From Promethearchaeota archaeon (GTDB lineage: Archaea; Asgardarchaeota; Lokiarchaeia; Sigyniarchaeales; SOKP01), in NCBI GenBank assembly GCA_019057795.1, contig JAHLWS010000070.1:128001-192000 (forward strand): 64,000 nucleotides of DNA, given 5' to 3'. Shown piece by piece: positions 61,792 to 64,000 of the stretch (its first letter is position 1; each line of letters opens with the position of its first letter). The notes beneath the pieces are model-generated. The model saw only the letters and a list, made by a program, of their open reading frames with translations, was not told the DNA's origin and searched no databases. The position numbers and the translations under genes were made by a program.

Positions 61792-62160
61792 ATGAGACCC
61801 ATAATCGAAAAAACTAAAGAGATTGATAAGGCTAAGATTTATTTATCGCTTTTTAAATTGCATAAAAGTTATCTCTTGCTTATCTCTGATCAAGAAAACA
61901 GAGGTATCGGAAATGTAACTTTAGGAAGCCCACCTACAATTGAAGGAATGAAAGCGTCATCAGTTACACATCAGTTATTCGGAGTCCAAAGAAAATTATT
62001 AAGCAAAATTATTGTTGAAAAGACATCTTCTTATCTTAATGCCCCAGTATTATTATTGTTGTTTTTAAAATCAGTAGAAAACGAAAATGAGATCGTAAAA
62101 ACGCTGATCTTATTCTTAAATGAAGCGTTAAATGAAATCTCTAACAATACTGATAAATAA
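61792..62160 (+). CDS. PAC4-like proteasome assembly chaperone candidate
   Basis: LLLIS...IGNVTLGSP...LFG..LSKII.EK...PVLLLL pattern. Confidence 0.55.
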   Translation: MRPIIEKTKEIDKAKIYLSLFKLHKSYLLLISDQENRGIGNVTLGSPPTIEGMKASSVTHQLFGVQRKLLSKIIVEKTSSYLNAPVLLLLFLKSVENENEIVKTLILFLNEALNEISNNTDK

Positions 62161-62200
62161 TTAAAGAGGTTGAAATGAGCCCTATTTTGAAGAGGAAAAA

Positions 62201-62364
62201 TGCAGAGAAGGGGATTTGAACCCCTGTAGACCTATGTCAATGGATCTTGAGTGTGGTTCAAAAACGCAAAAGATTACGGTTTTTGAAAATGTCCATCACC
62301 GGTTGCCGCTTTATTATTCCTTATGGAAATAATTCTTGCTTTGACCTGGCTTGGTTATCTCTGC
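62201..62364 (-). tRNA. tRNA-Leu(CAA) with two non-canonical introns (D-loop ~62302..62340; position 32/33 ~62251..62290)
   Basis: GCAGAGA/TCTCTGC acceptor, ATGGA-CTCAAGA-TCCAT after splicing, long variable arm, AGGGG-TTCAAAT-CCCCT. Confidence 0.9.
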
Positions 62365-62453
62365 TCTATTTTAATTCTTTATTATCTCTTATATATTTTG
62401 TAATGATAAGTATAATTTAGTAATTTTTTGAAGATGAGGTGATATTCGCATTA

Positions 62454-62681
62454 TCATCCCATAAGGAACATAAATACAAAAAGGACTGCCATCATCCCGA
62501 ACATAAAAATCATTTGAACCCTTCCTTTTTTCTTTTTCTTTTTTTCATGGGTGAGATAATTATCTCGACAAGTTTGACTGCAAAACTGCTTATCCGTTGG
62601 CATTGCCTTTCCGCATACTGGACAATGACCATGTGGCCCCCATTTCTTTTTAATTTGGTCTTTCCATGAAGCTTGAGACAT
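62454..62681 (-). CDS. DUF2116-family Zn-ribbon membrane protein
   Basis: PHGHCPVCGKAMP.D..FCS..C, poly-Lys, C-terminal TM. Confidence 0.85.
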   Translation of the reverse strand: MSQASWKDQIKKKWGPHGHCPVCGKAMPTDKQFCSQTCRDNYLTHEKKKKKKGRVQMIFMFGMMAVLFVFMFLMG

Positions 62682-62762
62682 TTTTATTTCATCTATATAT
62701 TGACTGTTTAGAACTATGTTAGTAAAATGTTGCAAATTAAAATAATTTATTATAAAAAAATC

Positions 62763-63470
62763 TTAGTTTGATATAGTAGTACCAATAATCTCTTTTTCAT
62801 TATCCCAAAATTTTTTAAATTGAATTAACTTTTTTCCTGAAATTACCATTATTGTAATTTTACTTCTTTTTAATATTTGTAAAGAAACTGCATCAAAAAT
62901 CCTATACTCTCCCGCAGCTGCTTGCTTATCTCCTGATGAATGTATAATAATATCTCGTAATTTATTATAAGAAAGATTTTTAATCAATTTTGCATCTTTA
63001 AAGAGTTTTGGATCTTTATCAAATATACCTTCTACATCTGTGAGGATTATTAACTTGTTTGCATTTATATATTCTGCAACTTCGATAGCTACAGAAGTTG
63101 TCGATTGACCCAGTTGTAAACCACCCATTACTACAATTTTATGAGTTAGAATAGCAATTGATAACTCTTCAATTGATTTTGGTACTTGGGGGTAAGCAAA
63201 TTCTTTCAAATTAGTAATAATTAATCGAGAATTTATACGCGAAATATCAATTCCAATCAAATCACATAAAGCCTCATTCTGAGTAAAATCTCTTATAACA
63301 TCAATGTATTCCCTCGCTATTATTCCTCCTCCACAGACAACAACAATGGAATCGTATTCTTTATTGTTTTTAACTATATTGCAAAATTCAGTAATTCTTT
63401 TAGAATTTATCGTTCTCCCTTCAGAAAATAAAAGAGACCCCCCAATCTTTATCACAATATTCTTATTCAT
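62763..63470 (-). CDS. pyrH: UMP kinase
   Basis: KIGGS, GGG.IAR.YI, D.IGI..SR.N, GQST..VA, TDVEGIFDKDP. Confidence 0.93.
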   Translation of the reverse strand: MNKNIVIKIGGSLLFSEGRTINSKRITEFCNIVKNNKEYDSIVVVCGGGIIAREYIDVIRDFTQNEALCDLIGIDISRINSRLIITNLKEFAYPQVPKSIEELSIAILTHKIVVMGGLQLGQSTTSVAIEVAEYINANKLIILTDVEGIFDKDPKLFKDAKLIKNLSYNKLRDIIIHSSGDKQAAAGEYRIFDAVSLQILKRSKITIMVISGKKLIQFKKFWDNEKEIIGTTISN

Positions 63471-63546
63471 AATAAAATATAATTGATTTTTATTTTTTAA
63501 TAATATATATTATAATTGAATTGATAAATTTGATTATTCAAGGAAT

Positions 63547-64000
63547 ATGGCTAATACGACAAATAAAATTACAGTTAAAGTTCCACATCGTATTTCTGGC
63601 TTTTTTGAGATTGTAGATAAAAAGAATGGCAATCAAATTAACAACCCTGTACAAATTGGTTCTCGAGGAGCCGGATTTAACGTAAGTGGGAAAGGAAGAA
63701 CAGATTTATCATTTGAAAACTTAGAAAAGGGAAAAGAAAGTTGTTGTACAATTTATATTAATGACGAAAAGTTTGATAAAAAAGCAGAAACAACATGTTT
63801 TATCTTTGATTATATTAAAAAATTGATAAAAGATCCCGTTAAAGTTAAAATCGAACATTTTTTCGATTTACCCGTTGGATGCGGATATGGCGCAAGTGGT
63901 TCAGGTGCATTAGGAACGATTTTTGGGTTGAACAAACTATTTAATCTAAACTTGGACGATTTAGAAAACGGAAAGATTGCCCATATTGCAGAAGTTGTCA
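63547..64000 (+). CDS. pok: Pantoate kinase (GHMP family), 3'-truncated by window edge
   Basis: Own translation: VPHRISGFF, GSRGAGF, LPVGCGYGASGSGAL, AHIAEV. Confidence 0.88.
   Translation, partial: MANTTNKITVKVPHRISGFFEIVDKKNGNQINNPVQIGSRGAGFNVSGKGRTDLSFENLEKGKESCCTIYINDEKFDKKAETTCFIFDYIKKLIKDPVKVKIEHFFDLPVGCGYGASGSGALGTIFGLNKLFNLNLDDLENGKIAHIAEVV

Overview
AT-rich (~30% GC by eye) core-genome segment of an Asgard archaeon, most likely Lokiarchaeia. The call rests on archaeal information-processing genes (cbf5, rpoH-rpoB, tfe, tfb, rpoP, pan, aRF1, aIF2beta, nmd3, rio1) together with eukaryotic-signature proteins (three small GTPases, a profilin-like protein, a Get3-like ATPase, an RPA32-like protein) and a stand-alone ~3.3-kb 23S rRNA gene with large expansion segments. 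The RNA genes are the most unusual part. All three tRNA genes (Lys, initiator Met, Leu) carry introns only at non-canonical positions. The 23S gene has no linked 16S/5S, is enclosed by a ~120-bp processing stem with a perfect bulge-helix-bulge (BHB), has an unexplained ~31-nt insertion in helix 91, and has a 10-nt-periodic leader repeat complementary to part of ES39. The window also holds the archaeal phosphopantothenate pathway (mfnA, panB, panE, pok, pps) as scattered genes, a class III RNR, FtsZ, an HTH + ARPP-1-like operon with tandem palindromic operators, and an aldolase that seems to need an ATT start. No CRISPR array, transposase or prophage was seen. All calls come from motif recognition and manual folding; no searches were run.
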